A stretch of 63,779 nt of DNA, the filler included, from Octopus bimaculoides (taxonomy: Eukaryota): NCBI RefSeq assembly GCF_001194135.2. It is 7 parts of 7 records of this genome, joined end to end, with 100 filler letters (N's around TTAATTAATTAA, not from the genome) between each part and the next. Parts side by side here need not be neighbours in the genome. Positions count along the whole stretch, not along the records: positions 50,187 to 56,538 come from NC_068983.1; positions 56,639 to 61,647 come from NC_069010.1; positions 61,748 to 63,779 come from NC_069005.1; 4 more parts are not named here. One strand, 5' to 3'. Positions within the stretch are counted from its first letter, which is position 1. Every line of letters starts with the position of its first letter. The notes beneath the pieces were generated by a model. That model did not search any database and was not told the origin of the DNA. It saw nothing but the letters and a program-made list of their open reading frames with translations. A program made the position numbers and the translations under genes. Positions 52,991-63,024 of the stretch are shown in pieces.

Positions 52991-55900
52991 CATCTGACTT
53001 GATGGAAAGAAATATTTTCTTTTGTCAGTAGCTAACAAATAAACTATACATTGAAACACGAATAAATAAAATTACTAATAATAGAAATAATGGCTTCTTA
53101 CACAGATATAAAATCTTATATTTTGCAGGTTGATTTATTTTAGTTAAAATCGACTGCAGTGAGCTACGAACAACAAAAAGCAAAACTGACTTGGTGGAAT
53201 TTGAACTAAGAATTTTATGGTGTGTAACTAGACACAGTAAGGAGTTTTAGACGCGCTCTGCTTATTATCCTACCCGATAATCTAATAGAATTGAGGTTGA
53301 AGTTACTGTTCCATTTTCTAAATCATATCTGTGCAATCCACATTTAATAACAAAACTTATTTTTGATATATTACAGTCTCCATCTAAGAGAACTATCAGG
53401 AATATGCATGTGTGAATGCTTGCATGTATGTATGTATATGCTCTAATATATGTATATGTGTGTATGTATGTATATATGTGAGAATGTGTGAGTGTGTACG
53501 TATGAAGGTGTATATGTATATGTAAGCATGTAAGTGTGTATGTATGTGAGTATATGTTTCTATATATGTATATATGCAAGTGTATGTAGTGTATGTATGT
53601 TTCTCTATTTGTATATACATATATATGTGTGTGTGTGTCACGTGCTCTCTCTATTAGTATACTATGTATGTAGTATGTATATATATATATATAAATTTAT
53701 ACATACACTCACACATATACATATACATACATACATACACACACACACACATATATATATATACATATAATTAAAAATAAACAGGACAACAGAATGAATT
53801 GAATTATCACAAAGACAGCTCATCATTTTCTCAGAAGAGAAAGAAAAGTAGTAAATCCATAACAATATACAGAGGTGATGCTGATTAGATGATATAGGAG
53901 GTGGAAAGGGGATGAAGAAAAGGAAGAAGCAGCGCGAAACCATGCAGGGGAAGGAAGAGGACGATAATAGAAAGAAAAAATCAGAGGTGAAGGAAAACAT
54001 TATAACATGGATAGAAAATAACAAATGTGTTTACATATTGAATAATGTGTTATTAAATTCAACACAATACTACTTCTCAGGAAATGATGTTGAGCAAGTT
54101 AATTAAACACACCTTTATTGTAGCTGGATAATTCCACGGGTTTTATGATGTGGGGGAGGAAAATCTGCAGGTGGTGGGAAGTGGACCATTACGGGAGAAC
54201 AGATATTTTTTTTACAATAATATACATAAAAATGTTGGTATTCTTTATCTCTGATTAGAAAAGACAGAACTTGGAAACGGAAATTGCTACGAGGGAAATA
54301 ATTTTAAGAGTTGTATAAAAACATGCTGAACGCTGAAATATAGAAGTAGTCTGTTTGTATCATATTATCCTCTCCATCGCCCGCATCAACAGAGATTTTA
54401 AACTAACCTGTATGATCAATAGGCTATCTATACTGTTTGTCTCTTCTTCTTTGTTCCCCTCTTTGTCCTTCTCTCCTTAGAATTGATGTTTTACTGTAGT
54501 CGCTACTTTCAAAGATAAAAACTTGCCAAGAGAATGTAATAAATAAAAATTTATTTTAGATTAAATGGAAAAATTATTTTAAATTTCAATCGAGGAATTT
54601 GTTTGCTAAAGTTAGCTCTGGGTCTAGATTGATTAGCAACTAATTCGCTATAAGAGCAGCCCATTTCCTCACAATTAATTTGCAAATAAAATTATGTTTG
54701 TCACTAATTCGGAAAATTTAAAGCTATCAAGCTATTTCATAATCTTAAAACTATTCCATCATATTAAATTGTTTTCAAGCTAAAAATACAACTGCTTCTA
54801 TAGTCATTCACATATAATCCAACAAAACACATTTTTAGCAAAGGAAAGTATCAGTAAAATTAAGTTTACGCAAACCTACTTTTTAATTATCTGAAGAAAT
54901 TGTATCATTTTTAAACGGTTTTTATTAACATCACGTCCTACACATGCTAGAAATAAAACTCAGATAATACAACAAAAATCATTTCTATTACAGTCAATAT
55001 AAGTTGTTATAAATTATATGATTTGTCGAAAATAGCCATCGAATAACTGTTACAGATCGCATTTCCTTATTTTCCCCGTCACGCTTTTGCAAATGGAAAT
55101 TATATCCTTAAACCTTGAGATATAATTAACTAACTTACAACTAATTTAGCAGAAATGGTTGCCATAATCTCTGTGTCAGAGTGAGGCAATGTGAGTTTCA
55201 TAGATTTTTATTAGTTTTCTAACACAATTTTTGTTGTGTAGAGTCCTGTTAGAAATTGGTAGAATGAATTTAAATTTCTCTTGTAATCGTTATTAGATTT
55301 TGGATCATCATGAAAACGTATTTGTGTCGTTGTTGTTTAAACTAGCGCCAGGCTTGATCATTCGTGACCATCGCGGCTTTTTCCTATATAAGTGGGTTGC
55401 TAATCCGATCATCCGACCATCAGGAAAGAGACAGGCTCGTATGTTCTTCTTTTTTTTTAAGATGGTAGAGTCGGATTTAAAGGAAATATTATATTCATTT
55501 CTAGCGAGTCGAGTGACTGCATTGAAATTCCATCATGTCAACATCAGACAGATTCTATCTTCGCGTAATATGTCGAGAGAAGCCTGCTTGGGGAAGCCCT
55601 TCTATCTCGGGGTTATTTGACTATGGCCAGAAATTTCCAGAATCATGAAGTGAAATGACTCAACAGAGAATCGAGCCATTATTTTTTCTTCCTGCAGAGA
55701 TTTGGATTACAATTCCATATTACTCATATGGGTGATTGGAACACCTGTTAAGACATTTATATAAAGAGTGGCAAGTTGTATGAAAGATCAAAGTCCGCCT
55801 CAATTACTAAAATATCATTAATATAAGTGGATTGCTTTCATAATGGTTCAGTGGACTTGTTCTGGATATTAATCAACGATTCGTTAACTTATATCCGTGA

Positions 55901-57622
55901 ATGCAAATCCGAACTAAGCACCACTCGATCTTTTATCTTTAGGAAACCATTAAAAATAACTGTCAGTGGAACTGGTTGGTATAAATAGGGAAAATCGAAA
56001 ACAAATCGGGAATATTTAGTTTCATATCTCCACCTCAATAGTTTGTTCGGTAACAATAACAACAAAGGTAATTACTGCACATGCTTAGTAATGAGGCAAA
56101 CCACCTACTTTAGTTGATTATTCTAAGCATTATTATATAATTGCTGTTGGTGAAACCACACATTCAAAACTAAACTTTAGTCTGCGCATCCTTATTTTGC
56201 ACCGTCATTATTAGGAATCTTCTCTCTTCCTTTCTGTTTCTCTCTTTCTATCTTCCGGTTTATCTATCTATCTATCTATCTATCTTCCGGTTTATCTATC
56301 TATCTATCTATCTATCTCTTCTAACGGACGTGCTGTCACATCGGCTGCAGAGGTAAACTTTTATTTGACCTTTTATTGTCCACATTTTGTTGGAATTTTT
56401 TAATATTTTTGTTGCGAAGCACCTAGGCTTCATTTTTGTATATTTTCAAGGGCAGGGATTGGCCCCCAGGGGCAGTTTCGGCCCTAGCAAAATACAAAAA
56501 TTTCCATTTGAAAAATGTCGAGAAACATAATTTTGGAANNNNNNNNNNNNNNNNNNNNNNNNNNNNNNNNNNNNNNNNNNNNTTAATTAATTAANNNNNN
56601 NNNNNNNNNNNNNNNNNNNNNNNNNNNNNNNNNNNNNNGAAAATATAGAGGTTATCAATAAATTAGTATTCATTAATTAAAAAATTGACCAACATCCTTT
56701 ACAGCTATTTCAATTTCTGACTTTCAGAAAATTAATTAAATTAAATTAAAAATTATTTGAAAGTCGAATCACTTCAGAGGTAGATAAAGATATACAAAAT
56801 AGGTTTTCAATTCTTGCATGTTGAGTAAACGGCTGAAAACCATTCACTGATAAAATTTATACATAAAGAACAGAGCATAAAAATGGTAGAGACCTTAGAA
56901 GGGGAGTAAGGTCTTGTAAGGGAGTAAGGTCGTGGAAAATTGTAATGTAAGAATATAACAATATATTCATCTAGTGTGTTAAGTGTAAGAAAACTCAAGT
57001 AGATATAATTGGTGAAAATGTCATATTGTGCTATTATGTCTATCCCTATTAAATCAATATAAAATTAGTATGTAGAGTTTAATTGGTGTATAGTTATTGA
57101 TATTTAATTAAGGTGGAGAACATTCAGGCAATCTATTACATGTAGTAAAGATTACTTGCCAAAATGATATAGCAGTCCTGGTCTAGGATGAATGTTGCTG
57201 TAATTTAGCCCCAGGAGACATCGTCTCCAGCTGGCTATACGACACGATCTATGTCCTTACATTTTCGAACAAGGGAATCTAGCACCCCCACTCAGCTCAA
57301 AACAATATCGGTTTATCGCGATTTCCGAGTTATTTCCCTTCATCAGCACAGAATAATTGTTTGGTTATAGGTGGCACGCTGCCAAATTCCTGTTCGAAAT
57401 ATATAGTTTTCACAGTGACAACTAGTCACTGATTTATAAATTAGAAAATTACTATTTTTAAATCTCACAACATAGCAACATTAGTCCTAAACCAGGACTG
57501 CCATGTTATGTTGGCAAACAATCTTTACAACAAAGTACTGTTGCTGAATATCTCTTTGTTTGACTGAAGCCAACGAGTGAAATTAGTAAAAGATAGAGAG
57601 AAAAACGACAACGGTTATTTTT

Positions 57623-58813
57623 TCAATTTTTATTCTTCACACTTCGGACCATTTTCAATAGTTTTTTTGAACTGTATTTGATGGATTTCAGAAATCCTGC
57701 CGTAAGGATTGTCTTTATGCTCTGACTATAACTGGAACGTTTCACTATGTCCGAGATACATTTAGCAACGTATGTCCCACAATGGGGATCATTAGCAAGG
57801 TTACGTAGGACATCTTCTGTATCGGGGATGGCACGGTTATGGTTACAGAGAGAGACTAAATTAATGTGGACTGTTTTAGGGAGCAGGTTCAAGTGATGGT
57901 ATTGTGAGATGTGATTTGGGTACTGTTCGTAGGTCTGTCGCACTGGGTTGTAGAAAACATGTTCCTCAGATTCTAGGATTTTGGAATACATGGAACGGAA
58001 CTTGGGGATATTAGGAACCACAATGTTTGATACTTTGTTTCGATCTTCACCAATTGACATCCGGAAGTCACCGGAGTATGAGAGGTTGGCGATGCTCATG
58101 TACAGCTCCTCTTCGGTGAACGTGTCCGGCAGTTGTAGAAGTGCTGCATGCACAGCGCTGTGGAGGTTGTTGTCAAGGGCAACAATCAACTCGGGGTTTG
58201 TGGGCTGTTTTAATGTCAACACCGGTTTGTGCAGTCGACCACTCATGTATAACGTCTCCCAGTCCAAAAGATCTACGATCAGTCTCTCGGTGCTTACGAC
58301 GCCGTATTTGATCAGCCTGGCACCAAGCGTGACGAGGGTGTTGAAGTAAATCCCAGCGCCATATTGCTGCTGGATGTGGGTGATGGCACGCGTACCCATA
58401 AACTTTAACGCCGAGTAATGGCGACGGTTCATCTGCAGGTTCTCGTTATGCCAGGCAATAGGGTCATCAACAACGAAGATAAAATCCACCATGTTTTTAC
58501 TCATGTGTTCTGTACCCTGTTGTTGGAATGCCCCAGAGCCATAAGCAAATGAGCACTGGATACCATCGGGGAAAGCAGGCAAAATTTTCTGGCTGAAGTA
58601 CTCATTTAGGCTTTCAAGACCATCAGTGATAGTTGGTGTGTACAAAGGCAAAATAGTGCTGGCGCGGGATGAGCTTGCTCGCAGAGGAAAAACAAACAGT
58701 GGAAGTCTTCTTGGAACGGAGAGACATTGCGAGACCTTGAATGGTCTGGCAGAATGAGTGGCCCGCCATGAGAAACCAGCCAGTCGTGTTGCAGCAATAT
58801 TCAATGACGACAT
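57623..58813 (-). CDS. TAMM41: Mitochondrial phosphatidate cytidylyltransferase Tam41 (Mmp37 family), single coding exon, 396 aa
   Basis: Intact ORF with FAYGSG, MVDFIFVVDD, GIYFNTLV, IKYGVV, DLLDWETLYMSGRLHKPV, LSYSGDFRM, EDRNKVSNIV; first ~63 aa are Arg/Ser/Leu-rich with no acidic residues (presequence-like). Confidence 0.96.
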   Translation of the reverse strand: MSSLNIAATRLAGFSWRATHSARPFKVSQCLSVPRRLPLFVFPLRASSSRASTILPLYTPTITDGLESLNEYFSQKILPAFPDGIQCSFAYGSGAFQQQGTEHMSKNMVDFIFVVDDPIAWHNENLQMNRRHYSALKFMGTRAITHIQQQYGAGIYFNTLVTLGARLIKYGVVSTERLIVDLLDWETLYMSGRLHKPVLTLKQPTNPELIVALDNNLHSAVHAALLQLPDTFTEEELYMSIANLSYSGDFRMSIGEDRNKVSNIVVPNIPKFRSMYSKILESEEHVFYNPVRQTYEQYPNHISQYHHLNLLPKTVHINLVSLCNHNRAIPDTEDVLRNLANDPHCGTYVAKCISDIVKRSSYSQSIKTILTAGFLKSIKYSSKKLLKMVRSVKNKN

Positions 58814-58893
58814 TTATATAATGTTTAATCTCTGGTCAGATTTTCACTTTGTGTTAATATCAGCAGGGCTTGGTTTCAAGCCAATTAGACAGA

Positions 58894-58899
58894 TTTATT
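58894..58899 (-). terminator. Candidate AATAAA polyadenylation signal for SDHAF1
   Basis: Plus tttatt = minus AATAAA, ~230 nt after the SDHAF1 stop and ~80 nt before the TAM41 ATG. Confidence 0.4.
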
Positions 58900-59130
58900 G
58901 AAATTGGGACCCTGCACCAAGAGAGGGCCGCACCCACACACTCAAGCAGAGGGCGCTACGATAAATTTTTAATATATCATTACAGCTACTGTTGTCCTAT
59001 TGGAGCCTCGAGCCCTCAACACATTTTGGGGCTGGGGTTGGCGTATCACACAAAGCATAAAACATGAATTTTCAGCGTTTGTAGAGTAAGAGGGTCCCGC
59101 CGACAATTCTCTAATTGGGCCCTTCGCTTC

Positions 59131-59442
59131 CTAGTGCCGGCCTTGAGGACCAGAGGTAGTAGTAGTAGTTGTTGTTGTGGAGGTAGCAGCAGGTGTATTG
59201 AGGTTATCGGTTTCTTTGTAAAACACCCCCAGACTCTGAACCTCTTGTCGCTTCAGCAGATCAAGCTTTTTCTTACCATTTCTGATGATGTGTTCAATCT
59301 GAAGAATGTTGGTCCTCGGTATGGTCATGTTGCGACGGAACTCATCACAGATGTAAGATTTGAAACCAGGCTTGTTACGTGTGGCACGCAGAAGTTGTCG
59401 ATACAGACTCAACACTTCCAGTTGCAATTTACTGTGCACCAT
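59131..59442 (-). CDS. SDHAF1: Succinate dehydrogenase assembly factor 1 (LYR-motif protein), 103 aa
   Basis: MVHSKLQLEVLSLYRQLLRATRNKPG...EFRRN..IPRTNILQIEHIIRNGKKKLDLL...LGVF aligns with SDHAF1 (HSRLQRQVLSLYRDLLRA...KPG...EFR...PR.D.LRIEYLYRRGRRQL). ATG taken at 59442; the ORF track start at 59466 is TTG. Confidence 0.92.
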   Translation of the reverse strand: MVHSKLQLEVLSLYRQLLRATRNKPGFKSYICDEFRRNMTIPRTNILQIEHIIRNGKKKLDLLKRQEVQSLGVFYKETDNLNTPAATSTTTTTTTTSGPQGRH

Positions 59443-59515
59443 CACCCATTTGCACGGAACTTTCAAATTACTGTCAGCAACGCTTCACATCCATAGAGTC
59501 GTGGTGGGCATATAT

Positions 59516-59543
59516 CTGGATTGGATGAGAAAAAAAAAAAAAA
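59516..59543 (-). promoter_or_regulatory. 3' splice acceptor preceding the SDHAF1 coding exon (exon starts 59515)
   Basis: Minus: ttttttttttttttctcatccaatccag|atatatgccc. Confidence 0.7.
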
Positions 59544-59739
59544 TTTTTTTAAATCTATATATATAACAACTGTTTCTGACATGGCACAAGGTCAGAAATT
59601 TAGGGGATTGGAGTAATCTAATCAACCCTTTAGCATTAAAACAGACCATGTCCAGCCCAAATGTTCTGTTTTATGGTCAAACCAGCCAGATCAGTACTCT
59701 TGTACCTACCCTACAATGTCATTCTACAAACAAACAGGA

Positions 59740-60005
59740 GCAGGAGTAGCTGTGTGGTAAGAAGCTTGATTCCCTAACAACATGGTTCCTGGTTCAGTCT
59801 TATTGTCTGGCACCTTGGGCAAGTGTCCTCTACTATAGCCTTGTGAGTGGATTTGATAGATGGAAACTGGAAGAAGCCTGACGCATGTGTGTATGTGTGT
59901 GTATAGGCATAGGCATGACTCTTTGGTAAGAAGTTTCCTTCCCAACCACATGGTTCAGGGTTCAGTCCTACCACATAGCACCTTGCTAGATGGAAACTGA
60001 AAGAA
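59740..60005 (+). mobile_element. Two CORE-like tRNA SINEs (family C)
   Basis: ggagtagctgtgtggtaagaagctt...ggttcagtc...gcaccttgggcaagtgtcctctactatagc, plus a second partial copy. Confidence 0.8.
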
Positions 60006-60320
60006 ACTGGAGTGGAACTCCAGGACACACAGCAATCATATCAACAAATTTGTTAATTGTTTGGTGATGGGCCTCCAAGATCAGTTCATGAATTTTCGTG
60101 ATGCTTTCATTCATTCGGGAGGTCAATGACTGCCCTGAACGAAGTTGGTCTTCAAGCGACAAGTGACCATTCCTAAAGCATGGAAAACCACCTGTGTTTT
60201 GCGCACAGCAGTGCCCTTCTAAGTTGTTTGAAGCATAACAAATGCTTTGATCACCATTTTCACCAGCTGAAAATAGAATTTCATGGAAGCACACTGTCCC
60301 TTCATTTCAGCCATCGCAAA
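60005..60320 (-). mobile_element. Mariner transposase N-terminal remnant (frameshifted)
   Basis: MAEMKGQCASMKFYFQLVK...MLQT and GHLSLEDQLRSGQSLTSRMNESITKIHELILE match mariner ...EQR..IKFCF.LGK and GR.SLEDD.RSGRP.TS...E...K..ELI.E. Confidence 0.8.
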
Positions 60321-60384
60321 AATTGACAAACAGGGGAGAAGCCCGGCGACACAAAGACACAACATGAGGTAGTGCAACTTTACA

Positions 60385-60560
60385 GGCTGACACCATCGTT
60401 TAACGTCCGTTTTCCATGCTGGCATGGGTTGGACGATTTGACTGAGGACTGGTGAAACCGGATGGCTGCACCAGGCTCCAATCTGATTTGGCAGAGTTTC
60501 TACAGCTGGATGCCCTTCCTAACGCCAACCACTCCGAGAGTGTAGTGGGTGCTTTTATGT
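60385..60560 (-). mobile_element. RTE-type 3' tail / SINE-like repeat
   Basis: Reverse complement of the 47955-48175 repeat. Confidence 0.8.
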
Positions 60561-60964
60561 GCCATCGGGGGTTTTTTATGTGCCATGGGGTTTTTTANNN
60601 NNNNNNNNNNNNNNNNNNNNNNNNNNNNNNNNNNNNNNNNNNNNNNNNNNNNNNNNNNNNNNNNNNNNNNNNNNNNNNNNNNNNNNNNNNNNNNNNNNNN
60701 NNNNNNNNNNNNNNNNNNNNNNNNNNNNNNNNNNNNNNNNNNNNNNNNNNNNNNNNNNNNNNNNNNNNNNNNNNNNNNNNNNNNNNNNNNNNNNNNNNNN
60801 NNNNNNNNNNNNNNNNNNNNNNNNNNNNNNNNNNNNNNNNNNNNNNNNNNNNNNNNNNNNNNNNNNNNNNNNNNNNCAGCGGCCCTGACAACGATCCTGC
60901 TTAAATGGTGCTTAATATAAATGCCCTATATTACTAGGGTATTTATATTACGGGTATTACTTAG

Positions 60965-61647
60965 CGTTCCGGTAGCACGGATGCCAGTCAGGCGGTGCTG
61001 TCATCAGCCACGTCAGCGAATTTGATTTTGATTTCACTTGCCTCAACAGGTCTTCGCAAGCAGAGTTTAGTGTCCAATGAAAGAATGGTACGCATAAGTG
61101 GGCTGGTTATACCTCTGGCATAGGCCACGAGTTATGGTCTCACTTGGGTTGCTGGGTCTTCTCAAGCACAGCATATTTCCAGAGGTCTCGGTCACTAGTC
61201 ATTGCCTCGGTGAGGCCTAATGTTCGAAGGTCATGCTTCACCACCTCATCCCAGGTCTTCCTGGGTCTACCTCTTCCACGGGTTCCCTCAACTGCTAGGG
61301 TGTGGCACTTTTTTGCACAGCTATCCTCATCCATTTTCACCACATGACCATACCAGCGCAATCGTCTCTCTTGTACACCACATGTGATGCTTCTTAGGTC
61401 CAACTTTTCTCTCAAGGTACTTACACTCTGTTGAGTATGCACACTGACATTACACATCCAGCGGAGAATAGTGGCTTCATTCTTTGCAAGCTTACGCATG
61501 TCCTCAGCAGTCGCGGCCCATGTTTCACTGCCATGTAGCATGGCTGTTCGTACACACGCATCAAACAGTCTACCTTTTACTCTGAGCGAGAGGCCCTTTG
61601 TCACCAGCAGAGGTAGGAGCCCTCTGAACTTTGCCCAGGCTATTCTT
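60965..61647 (-). mobile_element. RTE-clade LINE 3' part, same family as 48252-50086
   Basis: RIAWAKFR..LPLLVTKGLSLRVKGRLFDACVRTAMLHGSETWA...LRWYGHV...GRGRPRKTW. Confidence 0.92.
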
Positions 61648-62017
61648 NNNNNNNNNNNNNNNNNNNNNNNNNNNNNNNNNNNNNNNNNNNNTTAATTAAT
61701 TAANNNNNNNNNNNNNNNNNNNNNNNNNNNNNNNNNNNNNNNNNNNNTTGTGTGTCCGATTTCTAATTTTTGCAGACAATATCACTTCATTTGACACGTG
61801 TGTAGAACTCATGTCTGGAAACCTCGTGACATACATTATTGAAAAAAAAAAATCGATAATAGGGCCCCTCCGATGGATCCTTCTATCTACTACATATTAC
61901 TAATATTTTATTTAAACAACCCAAGGGAAATAACCCATACCACCTGCAGTTTTTAGCGAAGCGATCAATATTTGATTCTCATGCTCAGCGGACCTAATTC
62001 TGCATTTCACTACTCAC

Positions 62018-62070
62018 AGTTTTGAACTGCTAAACATTATTATTGCACTTCCTTGATTTGAATCTTAAAC
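62018..62070 (-). CDS. Candidate 53-nt next exon of the ASH-like gene
   Basis: Strong pyrimidine tract ttgttttttttatttttgctttttctttaag| and donor |gtgagt; 72-nt intron from the previous exon; in-frame read (M)FKIQIKEVQ*. Confidence 0.45.
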
Positions 62071-62142
62071 CTTAAAGAAAAAGCAAAAATAAAAAAACAA
62101 AACAACTCAATATAAAGAGAGTGGGGCAGAAAAGTTACTCAC

Positions 62143-62357
62143 ATGTTGTAAGATTTGACAGCTTCATCAGTCGGGTGAAAGGTAACATGAACACTGGCCA
62201 CTTGGCCAACCGAGATGCTTTTCCGATTGCTGTCCAAGCTGAATACGTTATCACTGTTGTTAATGTATAACATCACATTGAAATCAAAGGTGCCGGAATT
62301 TAGTAAGGTCACTTTGTGCGTGTGGGGTGTCATTAAAGAAGTCTCCATTTTAATTAA
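62143..62357 (-). CDS. Internal coding exon of a probable ASH/MSP-like Ig-fold protein (HYDIN/CFAP47/CFAP65-type; exact gene unresolved)
   Basis: Acceptor atttaattccacag| and donor |gtgagt bound a 215-nt open frame LIKMETSLMTPHTHKVTLLNSGTFDFNV...FSLD...ISVGQVASVHVTFHP; the pattern V.L.N.G...F...G....V.V.F.P is ASH-like. Confidence 0.6.
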
Positions 62358-62384
62358 CTGTGGAATTAAATAATAATAATAATA

Positions 62385-62905
62385 GTCATTTCCACTGAAG
62401 GCACAAGGCTGAAAATTTGATGGGGGAAAGGGCCTAGTGAATTACATCATTATTGTTTAACATCCGCTTTCCATGCTAGCATGGGTTGGACAATTTGACT
62501 GTGAGGACTGGCAAACCAGATGGCTGCACCAGGCTCATCAACCCCAAAAGGATGAAAGGTAAAATCAACCTTGGAGGAATTTGAAGTCAGAACATAAAGA
62601 TGGATGACATGCCATTAAGCATTCTGTCTGGTGTGCTAATGATTCTGCCAGCTCGCCACCTTAATAATAATAATAATAATAATAATAATCATTTCTACTA
62701 GAAGCGTGATGCCTGAAATTTAGTAGGAGAGGACGAGTTGATTACATCGACCCCAGTGTTTCACTGGTACTTATTTTATCAACTCCAAAAGGATGCAAGG
62801 CAAAGTCCACCAAGGCAGAATTTGAACTCAGCACTCTGGGTAAAATGCTACCTGGCATTTCGTCCATCCTTACGTTCTAAATAATTCTGCCAGCTTACCA
62901 TCTTA
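62385..62905 (-). mobile_element. Two family A SINEs, the first interrupted by an RTE-tail insertion (~62455-62535)
   Basis: Family A core is split by the cgctttccatgctagcatgggttggac repeat. Confidence 0.75.
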
Positions 62906-63024
62906 ATAATAATAATAATAATAATAATAAAGAAAAAAATTGCTTTCTAATCGATGTATCGATACCAACAAATGACCATATCATTATTATGCAGGTCACT
63001 GCCTGGAATCGAACTCGGAATGCC

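Noticed and set aside
59134-59496. Plus-strand ORFs antisense to SDHAF1 and TAM41 (also 57981-58349)
   Set aside because: Shadow frames of real coding sequence.
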